From: an uncultured Candidatus Saccharibacteria bacterium
Lineage (GTDB): Bacteria; Patescibacteriota; Minisyncoccia; Phycocordibacterales; GCA-2401445
DNA length: 64,000 nucleotides
NCBI GenBank assembly: GCA_964436015.1
Contig: CAYTAR010000004.1
Location: 23,454-87,453, forward strand
Direction: 5' to 3'
This document shows positions 28,989-39,325 of this stretch, piece by piece. The notes under the pieces were generated by a model that saw nothing but the letters and a program-made list of their open reading frames with translations, was not told where the DNA came from and did not search any database. Numbering within the stretch: the stretch's first letter is position 1; each line of letters begins with the position of its first letter. The position numbers and the translations under genes are program-made.

Positions 28989-29327
28989 TCATCGTGTCGC
29001 TTTTGAAAAAAGCGAATAGTGTCGTACTGTCCGCTTAGGCTGAACAGCGTACCAAAACTGAAAGGCGTATTCCTTAACTGAAGTTTCGGTAATCCTAAAT
29101 GACTGATTACAAAGTAAAAGACGAGGATGAATCTTTTTCCCAAACCTCACCAGGTGATTCACATAGTGAACAAACTGTTGTTTCTTATAAGAATCTTTGG
29201 GAGTATATCCATAAACCGTCCACCATCTTCCTTTGTGCGTCACGGTACAATGAAGAATAACTTCGAAGTCGATCTTTTTAGCATATGCAATAAGCATTCG
29301 CTCCACCGAATTTGCTTTGAGGTACAT
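28989..29327 (-). CDS. hypothetical protein (112 aa)
   Basis: Standalone ORF between lepA and murJ; no family recognised. Confidence 0.3.
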   Translation of the reverse strand: MYLKANSVERMLIAYAKKIDFEVILHCTVTHKGRWWTVYGYTPKDSYKKQQFVHYVNHLVRFGKKIHPRLLLCNQSFRITETSVKEYAFQFWYAVQPKRTVRHYSLFSKATR

Positions 29328-29365
29328 TTATCATCACGGTACTGTATGTATACCCTAATGTCAAA

Positions 29366-31039
29366 CTATAGCTCCTCCCTATCAGGACTAATAGCGCCAC
29401 GCGCGAGAAAGCGAGTATGGAATGCCACGAGTGTTTCGCGAAGCTCAAGGCTTCCAAGCGCGTACAACATTGCAATTCCCATAAGTATACCGCCGATACC
29501 TGCACATATTCCTTGAAAGAATATACCAGCAAGCGTTGAAAGGTTAATTAAATCTGCGAATACAATAAGGAGGTGATACGTCGTGAATCCCATGACCACA
29601 GAAGCAGACAGACTTTGAAAAAACACTCGTGACATTCTGCGTATAAATAGAGGAAATTCTTTATGCGCAAGATATATGAATATAATCCCATTAACAAAAA
29701 AACCAAAAGTGTAGCCGAGAGCGAGCATTAATACCGATGTTCCCGGTAGTCCCTCAACCTTAAGCAAGGACTCAAAGAAGTACTGTACTACAGGAATATT
29801 CACAAATAACCAATAGAGTGAAAAAGCAGAAACAATCATCACCCCTGATCCAATCACATTAACCATGAGCGGTTTCCAAGTGCGACCGCTCGCATAGTAC
29901 CCACGTACAAAGAGTAAAGTTAAAGATTGGAAAAGTAGTGATGCAATAAGGAGCGCAAGCGACGCTGCGGTCAGCCTAGTTGCGGTCCAATCAAATGCGC
30001 CTGATCCAAGAAGTGTTCTCACAATCTGCGCACGAAGAACAATAAAAAGGACAATTGCGGGAAGTGACCAAAACAAGATATGCCGTGTTGCAGTCAGTAT
30101 ATGGTGGGCATATTCGTCAAACTTTCCTTGCGCATACAAACGCGCCAGTGTTGGAAACGCAGCGACAGAGTAACTTACACCGATAATAGCAAGTGGGACA
30201 GACTGTAGATTGAAGGAAAAAGTAAATACAGAAATTGAACCCTCATCAAGTAACGTGGCAAAGCCGACAAGCACCATCAACACAAGCTGGTGTATAGAAA
30301 GTGCAAATGTTCGAGGAAGAGAAAGCATGATAACCGACTTCATGTCAACAAGCGACCCCTTAAATGAGAGCCTCGGAAAGTATCCTGATTTCAGTACATA
30401 CGGTATATGAATACTCAAGTGCAACAACGCACCCAGTACAACTCCCACCACCACACCCTGAAGTCCATACATAGGTTGAAGGAAAAAAATTCCTGCAATA
30501 ATTCCAATGTTATAGAGAAGCGGAGAAATCGCATACAGGAAAAATCTTCTGAACACCTGTGTAATACTTCCAAACAGATTTGAAAGGCCGAGCAAGAAAG
30601 GAGAAAGGAGAAGTATTCGGGAAAGTGTAATAGTGTGCTCCAGCGCCTCAGGAGAAAAACCTTGATATAGCAGCCCTGCGATATACGGCATCGCAACGTA
30701 CGCACCAGCACCCGCAACTATCATACTTAAACTAAAAAATGTAAAAATATGACTAATAAATGCTTTCCCTTCTGATCCTCCTTCCATCCGACTTGCCAGA
30801 AATGGAATCAGTACAGAAATTGATACTAAAGATGCAATCGTAACAAAAAGAAAATCAGGAATACGAAAGGCTGCATAATAGATATCAAGCTCACTACCAG
30901 CACCAAATATGTGCGCGAGCATTCTATCTCGTATTAAACCTAGAATCTGCGAAAGTACCGCAAAGAAACCGAGCACATACGCGGCCTGATGTAACCCTGA
31001 TATATCTCTATGTAGTATTCTAAGTATTCCTGCTACCAT
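29366..31039 (-). CDS. murJ: lipid II flippase MurJ
   Basis: IFGAGSELDIYYAAFRIPDFLF N-terminal signature; ~14 TM. Confidence 0.85.
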   Translation of the reverse strand: MVAGILRILHRDISGLHQAAYVLGFFAVLSQILGLIRDRMLAHIFGAGSELDIYYAAFRIPDFLFVTIASLVSISVLIPFLASRMEGGSEGKAFISHIFTFFSLSMIVAGAGAYVAMPYIAGLLYQGFSPEALEHTITLSRILLLSPFLLGLSNLFGSITQVFRRFFLYAISPLLYNIGIIAGIFFLQPMYGLQGVVVGVVLGALLHLSIHIPYVLKSGYFPRLSFKGSLVDMKSVIMLSLPRTFALSIHQLVLMVLVGFATLLDEGSISVFTFSFNLQSVPLAIIGVSYSVAAFPTLARLYAQGKFDEYAHHILTATRHILFWSLPAIVLFIVLRAQIVRTLLGSGAFDWTATRLTAASLALLIASLLFQSLTLLFVRGYYASGRTWKPLMVNVIGSGVMIVSAFSLYWLFVNIPVVQYFFESLLKVEGLPGTSVLMLALGYTFGFFVNGIIFIYLAHKEFPLFIRRMSRVFFQSLSASVVMGFTTYHLLIVFADLINLSTLAGIFFQGICAGIGGILMGIAMLYALGSLELRETLVAFHTRFLARGAISPDREEL

Positions 31040-31045
31040 TTTGAA

Positions 31046-33487
31046 CTATTCTTCAGGAATAGGGAGCGTCTCTCGTTCTTCTGGTGGAAGAAGTGCGGGC
31101 GCTGAGTTTGCGAACGGCGCACGATTTGCACGTAGATTGGTAAGAATAGATACAACCTCCTCATTTTCCGGATTTGTCCTCTGTATGTACTCAAACTGCT
31201 CTATCGCACGTGCGTTGCTGGTAGTGTCAATTTCATAATATGAGAGACCAAGGAAATAACGCGCATTCGCGTACTCTGGATTTATAGCAACTGCTCGAGC
31301 AAGCGCGTCGGAAGCACCCCGGTAATCGCCTTTGTTGTACTTAAGAAGTCCCAATTGGAAAAATATACTTGCATCGTTTGGAACGAGAGTTGCCACCGCT
31401 TGTGTAGATTCAATCGCTCGTTCAATGTTGCCCGACTCAGCTTCTATTTGTGACAAAAGGAATATCGCCTCGGCATAATTCCCCTTTAAGTTGAGCGCCT
31501 GTCCAATATATTCACGCGCAGAATCATAGTTACCAACTGTTCGCTCTAATCGAGCAAGTAACAATGGAATTGCGGGACCTAGTGGATTATACTCAGAGGC
31601 GGTCAAGTATGACTGTTTCGCAGCTTCGTATGCATTAGTAATTCCAAGAGGAGCGACCGCTTCGTACAGTCTTCCTAACGCAATATAGTTTCTATAATTT
31701 TTTCCGCCAACCGTTATTGCTTGCTGTGCGTTCGTAATCGCCTCTGCATACAACACTTGAAATTCCTGTACAGTAGATTCGCTATTTGGATCAGATGTTT
31801 GGAATAGTATATTAATTTCAGCCATAGCAACTTCTGAAAGTATCAATAAGAAACGGGCATTTGTCGGATCCATTCGCACTCCTCGCTCGATCAATGCTTT
31901 ACCTCCTTCAATATTTCCATTCTGCACCATTATTACCCCCTCCGAGACAGAGCTATAAGCGAAGAACTTCTGAAAAGTAACATAGCCAACAGAAAGAGTA
32001 ACGAGTAGGAGAAATATGGTTCCCATGACCGCACCGAAACCTAAACGAGGATTGTCCGCAATAGAAACAACTGTTCGTTTTGCCATTCCCTCAACTGAGA
32101 GTGATGCAACAAATGCTCCAGTGAACAGAAATGCGAGTGCAAAATTCACGAATGAAGGAGTAAATATAATCGCCATTACCCACAAGAATAACCCCGCCAT
32201 GAATGAAGAGAGTATGAGGTAGTACGAGAAGATTTCCTTAGGGGGTGAGAGGATGACTCGGAATCCAATATACAAAAACGAGAAGAAAAAGAGCAACCAG
32301 GCTGCGACACCTACAAAACCTGTTTCAACCATAAGTGAAGGAACGAGTCCTCGCCCCGCTGGAAATTCAACCCCCCAGAAAAATCTATCTTCATTAACCT
32401 CAAGAGGTTTATACTTCATCCATGAATTCACGAATGTATTTGGACCTGCTCCTAATACAGGATTCTCCTTAAGCGCCTCTCGTGCAACTGAGAACGTCGC
32501 GGACCAAGTAGGGTGCACTTCAAAATAGTTAATACCCAAACGCTCGTTGATACTTTCCGTCACCCGTTGTGCGGTTAAAGAAAAGAAAATTGAAATAATT
32601 AGCACTACCAACGTGGCAACAGGAACGAGTGCGGTATGTGAGCCATCTTTCTTTTTTACATCATCGCCCTTTGCGAATGACCGTACAAATACGAGCTGGT
32701 ACACAAAAAACAGGAGTGAGAACCCAGATAGTGCAAACCATACTGGTGTATAGTTTGCGGTAATAAGAAAACAAATTGAAACAATAAGGCCGGCCATTAA
32801 AACCCACCGAAGTGCTCTTGAAAATTTAACTAACTCAAGCGCTATCAAAGAGAGAATTGCACCCACACCAAAAAATACCGAAAGATCATACCATCCTCCA
32901 AGAAGTGTATTGGTTACTTGGGGAAAAACTCCGAACGAAAGGAAACCAACTGGGGCAAAAAGTCTCACAAGCGTATACAGTGCAACTAAAGTGAATGAGC
33001 CTATGAATGCGAGGTAGAAATAAAATATTTTGGGACGTGTGTTAAGGAAAAGTGCAGTAAGGAATGCGAGGGCAGCAAGCACTCCGAGTGTAACCACACT
33101 ACCTTGTGCAAAACCACTTCCCACCAGAGAGCCTTTAATATGTTGCGCAAGCAATGCTGATACAAAACCGACTGCAGGAATGCCTAATAGAGAAAAAAGA
33201 ATCGGACTCTGCACGATTTCAAATTTTCCTGTTTTAAGAATTCCTCCAAGCCACAATACGCACATCAAAACAGTAAGCGACACAATAAAAGTAGATTTCG
33301 CAAATACCTGCTCAATTATTGGAGACGGAACAAAAAAAATAGGAATAAAGAATACTAATGCAATAATTACAAAGAAAAGTACTGAATTACCCTTCTCTCT
33401 TGGTGTGTGAGAACTAGCAGTTCCCGTCACTTGCTCTTTTTTCTTTTCCCCTAACTCAAGTGGTTGAATATGTCCTTCGGCACTCAT
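31046..33487 (-). CDS. O-antigen ligase/polymerase-like (Wzy_C) polytopic membrane protein with C-terminal TPR repeats
   Basis: ~12 TM N-terminal half; C-terminal 300 aa with repeated TPR-like units (ALNLKGNYAEAIFLLSQIEAESGN…). Confidence 0.6.
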   Translation of the reverse strand: MSAEGHIQPLELGEKKKEQVTGTASSHTPREKGNSVLFFVIIALVFFIPIFFVPSPIIEQVFAKSTFIVSLTVLMCVLWLGGILKTGKFEIVQSPILFSLLGIPAVGFVSALLAQHIKGSLVGSGFAQGSVVTLGVLAALAFLTALFLNTRPKIFYFYLAFIGSFTLVALYTLVRLFAPVGFLSFGVFPQVTNTLLGGWYDLSVFFGVGAILSLIALELVKFSRALRWVLMAGLIVSICFLITANYTPVWFALSGFSLLFFVYQLVFVRSFAKGDDVKKKDGSHTALVPVATLVVLIISIFFSLTAQRVTESINERLGINYFEVHPTWSATFSVAREALKENPVLGAGPNTFVNSWMKYKPLEVNEDRFFWGVEFPAGRGLVPSLMVETGFVGVAAWLLFFFSFLYIGFRVILSPPKEIFSYYLILSSFMAGLFLWVMAIIFTPSFVNFALAFLFTGAFVASLSVEGMAKRTVVSIADNPRLGFGAVMGTIFLLLVTLSVGYVTFQKFFAYSSVSEGVIMVQNGNIEGGKALIERGVRMDPTNARFLLILSEVAMAEINILFQTSDPNSESTVQEFQVLYAEAITNAQQAITVGGKNYRNYIALGRLYEAVAPLGITNAYEAAKQSYLTASEYNPLGPAIPLLLARLERTVGNYDSAREYIGQALNLKGNYAEAIFLLSQIEAESGNIERAIESTQAVATLVPNDASIFFQLGLLKYNKGDYRGASDALARAVAINPEYANARYFLGLSYYEIDTTSNARAIEQFEYIQRTNPENEEVVSILTNLRANRAPFANSAPALLPPEERETLPIPEE

Positions 33488-33550
33488 AATGCAATATAGA
33501 TACTATTAATAACTTGTATAGTATATCATACGAATTTGTGATCTTTCAGA

Positions 33551-33580
33551 GAAAAACTCCGCTTGTATGCGGAGTTTTTC
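33551..33580. terminator. terminator hairpin following rnpB
   Basis: gaaaaactccgc-ttgtat-gcggagtttttc. Confidence 0.5.
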
Positions 33581-33892
33581 ATTTGTTGTGTACCATAAGC
33601 CGAATTCTGTATCCGCTAAGCGGATGATAATCATTTATCTGGGATATGTGTTACCACATACCTCAAGCGGCACTCCCCTCGACAAGCTCGGGGCACGGCC
33701 TTGCACCCAGGTAAGGATTTTGCCGTTTCACTTCTTTGTTACCAAAGACATTACCCCATACAGGGTACCTAGCCTTTCGGCATCAGCGTCACTGCTCGCA
33801 CCTCTCGGTTTACCCGGACGGGCGTTACCCGCTACCCTTCTCCAACACAAACGTGTGGGAGTGTTCGGACTTTCCTCTGTTTTACAACAGCG
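33580..33892 (-). ncRNA. rnpB: RNase P RNA (bacterial)
   Basis: Minus strand carries GGAAAGTCCGAACACTCCCACACG (CR-I-like), AGGGTAGCGGGTAACGCCCG (CR-II-like) and ACAGAATTCGGCTTATGG (CR-V-like). P1 pairing TGTTGT/ACAACA at the ends. Track ORFs here (33567..34124, 33736..33999 etc.) are spurious. Confidence 0.65.
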
Positions 33893-33933
33893 ATTATCCA
33901 GTACACAGAAAAACCATACCACAATATTTACAA

Positions 33934-34431
33934 TTATTCAACTTTTCGATAATCATAAAGCGTTGCCGTATCTCCAACCAACAACCCATTTTGTTTTGAA
34001 AGGCCGGCAGGAACCTCGAGTACAAACTGAGCGGGAACAGGCGGAGAAAATGTTTGCGGGAAAGAGTCAGGATGCACCTCATGCTCGATATGCACAATTG
34101 TTTTATGCTCATTCAGCCAGATAATATCAATTGGAAATAACATGTCTTTCATCCAAAATCCTCGTGGTGCTGATTCTGGAAAACTGAACCACACTCCAGA
34201 ATTCGGAGGTAATGTTTTTTGGAGTGAAAGACCTTGAATCATTTGTTCACGCGTATCAGCAATGGTGACCGCAATAGTTGCATCACGTAAGCGTACAATC
34301 CCATCAGTGTAGGTATATTGCTCAACTATCATTTGACTCCTATCAGAGGCATCCCTAGTAAATAACACCGCTCCACACACAACGATAATCAAAACGCTTA
34401 TGAGAATTATTTTTTTCATACAAATATTCAC
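33934..34431 (-). CDS. DUF192-domain protein, membrane-anchored
   Basis: …GFWMKDMLFPIDIIWLNEHKTIVHI… DUF192 signature. Confidence 0.55.
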   Translation of the reverse strand: MNICMKKIILISVLIIVVCGAVLFTRDASDRSQMIVEQYTYTDGIVRLRDATIAVTIADTREQMIQGLSLQKTLPPNSGVWFSFPESAPRGFWMKDMLFPIDIIWLNEHKTIVHIEHEVHPDSFPQTFSPPVPAQFVLEVPAGLSKQNGLLVGDTATLYDYRKVE

Positions 34432-35621
34432 TATTCTGAAGTGAGAGACTTGGTAGTAGAGGTAGACCTCATCCTCCCTAAACTCCCTTCTCCTTCAATA
34501 TTATATTTCTCTGGCAATATTTCCATATATCCTGTTTCCGTAAACTTCCACAGCACAAGCGCATCTCTTGAGTGTGTATCAGTAGTAAAATCAATCTTTC
34601 CTGATGCTCCAAAATATACTTTATCTTGAAGACGTACACGTGTAGATGTCCCAAATACATGAGATTCACGAATTGCTTCTGCAAGCACCCGGTACGCATC
34701 ATATCCAAACGGAGTATACAAACCTACCGGTTCATTGTACGCAATACGATATCTTTCTCCGAATGAATTTGAACCCTTAGTAAAAGTAACCGCAAAAGAA
34801 TTTTCAAACAAAGATACATCTTGAACATTTTCTGGAACATGCATAATCTCATGCACAAAGAATATTTGTGAAATGTCTGAAATTTCTTCTAACCGAGCAA
34901 TATCTACCTGTGGCGCTCCAACAAAAACAAGTGAATCAAAGGTACTGCTTGCAAAAATAGTGTATACGCTCTCCGTACTGCTTGTAGATGCATCCTGTTC
35001 CAAATTAATAAATGAGAGGCTAGTACTACTCTGCTCAAATGAGCGCAGTAATTCATTCTTCTCTGCTTGTGAGAGTATGTAGGAATCTGAAACAATACCG
35101 ACATCTTTTACCTTTTCCTGAATTAAAACCAGACTGAGTAGTGAAAAAAGAGCAGACGTCGGTGGAGCTACACGAAATACCTCCTGAGTGGTTTCTATAA
35201 AACCGTGATGAGGAAATGCGCTAACTATAGGAATCTCATAGGAAGACAATACACTAATCAACTCTTCTTCTGTGTATTCGCAACCGAGTATCACAAACGC
35301 GTATGGAGAGTGTGTTTCAACAAACCGAGCAACTTCTGAAGACTCCACATCCTCACATGAAATATGTAAATATTCAACCACTACATCTTCTTTTACATCC
35401 TCTGTATCAGCAAGCACAAAACCTTTCAAAACTGAAGACATGTTTTCTCCAGTATCAACGACTGTACCAGTAGGTACCACAACCCCTATTACTGAGGCAC
35501 TGCTCTTGCTAATTGCCTCAATGTCTTTACCAGTAACAGCAATAATCCCGGCCACAATGGGAATGACGACGAGAAGCCAGACAGCGGCATTACCTGCGTA
35601 TTGTGTACTATTCATAAACAA
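34431..35621 (-). CDS. periplasmic-binding-protein-like (Leu/Ile/Val-binding / ANF-receptor fold) membrane-anchored protein
   Basis: N-terminal TM; C-terminal GYDAYRVLAEAI segment typical of LivJ-like SBPs. Weak. Confidence 0.4.
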   Translation of the reverse strand: MFMNSTQYAGNAAVWLLVVIPIVAGIIAVTGKDIEAISKSSASVIGVVVPTGTVVDTGENMSSVLKGFVLADTEDVKEDVVVEYLHISCEDVESSEVARFVETHSPYAFVILGCEYTEEELISVLSSYEIPIVSAFPHHGFIETTQEVFRVAPPTSALFSLLSLVLIQEKVKDVGIVSDSYILSQAEKNELLRSFEQSSTSLSFINLEQDASTSSTESVYTIFASSTFDSLVFVGAPQVDIARLEEISDISQIFFVHEIMHVPENVQDVSLFENSFAVTFTKGSNSFGERYRIAYNEPVGLYTPFGYDAYRVLAEAIRESHVFGTSTRVRLQDKVYFGASGKIDFTTDTHSRDALVLWKFTETGYMEILPEKYNIEGEGSLGRMRSTSTTKSLTSE

Positions 35622-35658
35622 TGACTATACATACTAGCACAAAATCACACCTCACGTC

Positions 35659-36783
35659 CTACGCTCCGTAGAAACGTTTGATCAGTGGATTTATTTGTGT
35701 AATGAATTCATAGTGTATGGTATCTGCGAGACCAGCGACAACCTCAACCTTTGTTTCGGGGTATGCGGGTGAAAGTAAAGTGACTTCATCACCTACCGCA
35801 ACAGGTACCCCACTCACATCAAGAGTAATCATATCCATTGAAATTCTTCCAATAACTTTCACTGGTGTATTTCGCACAATCACCGTGCCGAGTCCGGATA
35901 GCGCACGAGGATACCCATGCCAATATCCAATCGGACACACTGCGAGCACTCCTCCTTTTGGAATGCTTCCCACTTGATCGTACCCCACCCTCCCACCATT
36001 AGGTAATTTTTTTACTTCTGAAATTATAGTCTTCCACGTGAATGCAGGAACAAGAGAAAGTCTGTTTCCAAGTGACGCAGAAACTTCTACTGAAGGCGTG
36101 TATCCATACATACCGATTCCAACACGAACCATGTCAAAATGTGCTTCAGGATAGAGGAGTGTTCCTCCAGTAGCGCTTGCATGCGCCACAACATTCAACC
36201 CCGCATCCGAAAAAGCATTTTTCCAAACAATAAATTCAGCTATTTGCTTATCAGTGAGACCTCGTACTGCTGGGTTTTTTGCAGCAGCAAAATGTGTGTA
36301 CAGACCAGTAACGGTGATGTGACGTGGGAGCTTTGCAATACATTCCAATACAGAGGAAACCTCGTGAATTAAAAAGCCCTGACGGTGCATGCCTGTATCC
36401 ACTTTAATATGTACTGAGAGAGACTTACTTGTGTCACTCAATTGCAGAGCGTCAAAACCCTCCATGGTAGATACCGTCAATGTAATATTGTTTTCTTGTG
36501 CATCAGGAATGATGGCAGGGAGCGCATACCCAAGTGTGAGAATTGGTACGGTTATTCCCTCTTTTCTCAAAGCTAAACCCTCTACCACGGAATCTACTGC
36601 AATCATATCAATACCGAGAGACTCCATAGTACGAGCAAAATCTACCAGTCCGTGCCCGTACGCATTTGATTTAACAACAGAAAGCATTCGTACGTGTGGC
36701 TGTATAAATGTACGAAAAAACGCATAGTTATGCGCAAGCGCATTTGTATCAACTTCAATCCACGTCCGTAATTTAGCGTTCAT
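35659..36783 (-). CDS. alr: alanine racemase
   Basis: SVVKSNAYGHG PLP-lysine motif; 374 aa. Confidence 0.85.
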   Translation of the reverse strand: MNAKLRTWIEVDTNALAHNYAFFRTFIQPHVRMLSVVKSNAYGHGLVDFARTMESLGIDMIAVDSVVEGLALRKEGITVPILTLGYALPAIIPDAQENNITLTVSTMEGFDALQLSDTSKSLSVHIKVDTGMHRQGFLIHEVSSVLECIAKLPRHITVTGLYTHFAAAKNPAVRGLTDKQIAEFIVWKNAFSDAGLNVVAHASATGGTLLYPEAHFDMVRVGIGMYGYTPSVEVSASLGNRLSLVPAFTWKTIISEVKKLPNGGRVGYDQVGSIPKGGVLAVCPIGYWHGYPRALSGLGTVIVRNTPVKVIGRISMDMITLDVSGVPVAVGDEVTLLSPAYPETKVEVVAGLADTIHYEFITQINPLIKRFYGA

Positions 36784-36811
36784 ACATACAATTAAAAAAT
36801 ATCATCAACTA

Positions 36812-37354
36812 TTATGAAGAAAAACGACGACCAATTAATCCAACTACTCCAAGTAAACAGAAAAGGACAAGTGACATAAATGGAATTGTCACAAACTCAA
36901 ATACATACACGTATCGTATTAGGCACGAGACTTCGTTTATTCCACAAGGTACCAAACTCACCTGTAGCATTTCTTGTGTGTACTGAAATAAACCAACAAA
37001 TATTCCCAAAACAGTCAAAGGCAACGTGTAGACTAGAATACTTCTCTCATTTCGCATTATTGCAATCGCAAAAAAAAGCACCTGCGGATAAATCAGGATG
37101 CGGTGTATCCAACAAAGCGTACATGGGGGGAAACCAAGAATTTGTGAGTATATCAAACTTCCAAAAACTGCAGAAAGAGAAATAAAGAAAGAAATATGCA
37201 ATGCGTATTTCGAAATAAGTCCAAACAACGGAAACGGTGCGGTTTTGTGTTTCCAAAACCGCACCGTAAGCGCAAAAAGAATAACCGTTATAGGTACAAG
37301 AGTAAGAGTAATATATGCGAGTACCGTGCTGTAGAGCTCACCGAACTCAGTCAT
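36812..37354 (-). CDS. disulfide bond formation protein B-like (DsbB/BdbC-type)
   Basis: 4 TM, CTLC in loop 1 and a C-x8-C pair in loop 2. Confidence 0.55.
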   Translation of the reverse strand: MTEFGELYSTVLAYITLTLVPITVILFALTVRFWKHKTAPFPLFGLISKYALHISFFISLSAVFGSLIYSQILGFPPCTLCWIHRILIYPQVLFFAIAIMRNERSILVYTLPLTVLGIFVGLFQYTQEMLQVSLVPCGINEVSCLIRYVYVFEFVTIPFMSLVLFCLLGVVGLIGRRFSS

Positions 37355-37359
37355 AGTGG

Positions 37360-37797
37360 CTAGTTAATTTGTGGAAGCTCACACCCAGTTTTTTCTGCGA
37401 GAACCGCGAGTGGTTGAACTCCCTCAACCTGTTCGCCATTCGCAAAAAACCATGTAGGGTAAGCTTTTACACCCGCATCAGCACACACCTGAAGTTGCTC
37501 CTGTTTTCCCGGTGCTGAACACTCAGTATATGGAAGTGATGCTTTCCCCGCAGCGCCAAACAGTGCTGATTGTTGCTGACAGTTTGGACACCACCATGCT
37601 CCATAATATTTTGCACCGTTATCGCCCAAACACTGCGCAAAAGAGGCAAGAGCTTGAGTTCGTTCTGAATTTACATTACCCCCATTAAATATCACAAATC
37701 CGACAATACCCACCACGATGACCGCGAACGCAGTCCAAAAAGTTTTTTCTATAGTGCTCATACACCCAATTCTATAGCGTATTGCTCTCTCCTGCAA
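37360..37797 (-). CDS. membrane-anchored thioredoxin-fold thiol:disulfide oxidoreductase (DsbA-like partner)
   Basis: WCPNC active site; N-terminal TM. Confidence 0.6.
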   Translation of the reverse strand: MQERAIRYRIGCMSTIEKTFWTAFAVIVVGIVGFVIFNGGNVNSERTQALASFAQCLGDNGAKYYGAWWCPNCQQQSALFGAAGKASLPYTECSAPGKQEQLQVCADAGVKAYPTWFFANGEQVEGVQPLAVLAEKTGCELPQIN

Positions 37798-38407
37798 CCC
37801 TTCGTACTCGCCTGAGAAACATTAGCAAACACAATACAAATATGACCCCTAATACTATTGGCGCATATGACACCTCTCCTTCAGAGACGACCTGTGCTTT
37901 CATTTGCTCCCACGGAAACACACCAAGCACGACACCACTGTAGACTGCTTCAATAGCCAATTCAAACCCAAGAGCATAATCGCCGTTTTTAAACGCAGGC
38001 GACATACGTTGTTCCATAATCCACAGCGCACGAGCGCTCGTAATGGTATCAAGGAGTTCGTCCGTAACTGCAATATGCATCTCTTTCTCCAATCCCGAAA
38101 GAAGTAGCAACATTCCTTTTCCCTCTGCACCCGCTCCGATATTCCATGTATTCAAAATACGACGACTGAGTGACTCTATTCTCTCTCCATCCAAAGAAAC
38201 CACCGTTACTACTCCAGTCTCTATGCCTCCGTTACGGCGCAAGTCTTGAATAGTTGCTTCCAAGAGCGAAGATTCTTCGCGAGAAAAGAGATCTGCATAG
38301 TCATTAACATAGCTCTCTGGAAATTCAGGTATATCAAACGCAAAAACAGCATTTCCTTGAATACAAAAAACACAAAAAAACAACACTGCAAAAGAAAAAA
38401 ATTTCAT
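37772..38407 (-). CDS. TPM-domain (YgcG-like) protein
   Basis: Signal peptide, TPM phosphatase-like core, C-terminal TM. Confidence 0.5.
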   Translation of the reverse strand: MKFFSFAVLFFCVFCIQGNAVFAFDIPEFPESYVNDYADLFSREESSLLEATIQDLRRNGGIETGVVTVVSLDGERIESLSRRILNTWNIGAGAEGKGMLLLLSGLEKEMHIAVTDELLDTITSARALWIMEQRMSPAFKNGDYALGFELAIEAVYSGVVLGVFPWEQMKAQVVSEGEVSYAPIVLGVIFVLCLLMFLRRVRRVAGESNTL

Positions 38408-38548
38408 GAATTCTACTAGTATACCTGATTATCGTTTATATCTTAAACGACAGATAAATTTACTACTTAAACAAAAGCTATATTTCAAAAAATTTTCAAC
38501 TAGAAAATAATTGGCTACACTACATTATGCCAAAAAATAAAACATATA

Positions 38549-39304
38549 TCATTCCTCTTTTGCACTCAACAAAAGTTGCTCAATGATTTTTTCTCCTTTT
38601 TTTATCAAACGTTCATTGTCCCTAATTCTTCTTTCAAATGATGCAATCGCCGCCTTCCTCTGCTCAAATACATTTATTCCATATGACGTATCATTAGGTC
38701 CTATTTTCATCAGATGCCCTTCTTCAATCCTAACCCTTAATCCCTCATTAATTTCAAGAACTATTTCATTTAATCGTTTAACTGTTTTTTCTAACTCCTG
38801 AGTTGATGCTTCCAAAGCCTTTTTATCTTCACTTGTTAGTGCCGTAAATAATATTTTTATCTTAAAATCATCTATCTTACTAATAAATTGGCTGATCTCA
38901 GCATCATCTCTACTCAATGCAACCCGTACTGATTCCATATTTGCCTTTGCAATAAAATTTGTTATATACGCGGCATCAATCTTTACATTTTCTTCCACAG
39001 TCTGTTCAATTTTCCTTCTTGTGTCTTGTCTGTCTTTTTTCTTAAACAGCTGTGCCTCAGCTTCCTGCCCCGTGCCCATATACCCAGCCATAATTGTTGC
39101 CCCAAGCGCTAACCCTTTTCCTATTTTTCCTCCAACTGCAGGGTCTTTTGATTTTGACGCGACCAAATCAACTTGAGAATCTGCTTCTACTAGTAGATCT
39201 TCCGATTTTAAAACCACCTCCGACTCAGAACCATCTTTTTCAAAATTTTCTTGATTCTCAAAATTCATGCTATTGTAATTAAATCTATACTCATAATAAT
39301 ACAT
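38549..39304 (-). CDS. hypothetical coiled-coil protein with glycine-zipper TM
   Basis: No family recognised. Confidence 0.3.
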   Translation of the reverse strand: MYYYEYRFNYNSMNFENQENFEKDGSESEVVLKSEDLLVEADSQVDLVASKSKDPAVGGKIGKGLALGATIMAGYMGTGQEAEAQLFKKKDRQDTRRKIEQTVEENVKIDAAYITNFIAKANMESVRVALSRDDAEISQFISKIDDFKIKILFTALTSEDKKALEASTQELEKTVKRLNEIVLEINEGLRVRIEEGHLMKIGPNDTSYGINVFEQRKAAIASFERRIRDNERLIKKGEKIIEQLLLSAKEE

Positions 39305-39325
39305 GAGACATACGGTTAAGCAATA

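Noticed and set aside
28989-29327. IS200-like or other transposase identity for the 112-aa ORF
   Set aside because: There is no HuH/Y1 motif, no inverted repeats and no PD-(D/E)xK pattern, so I have no evidence for mobility.
29278-29532. 84-aa minus-strand ORF
   Set aside because: It lies in an alternative frame of the murJ 3-prime coding region and has implausible composition.
33567-34124. Track ORFs 33567..34124(+), 33728..33922(-), 33736..33999(+) and 33894..34112(-)
   Set aside because: They overlap the RNase P RNA gene and its terminator. High GC produces long spurious open frames.
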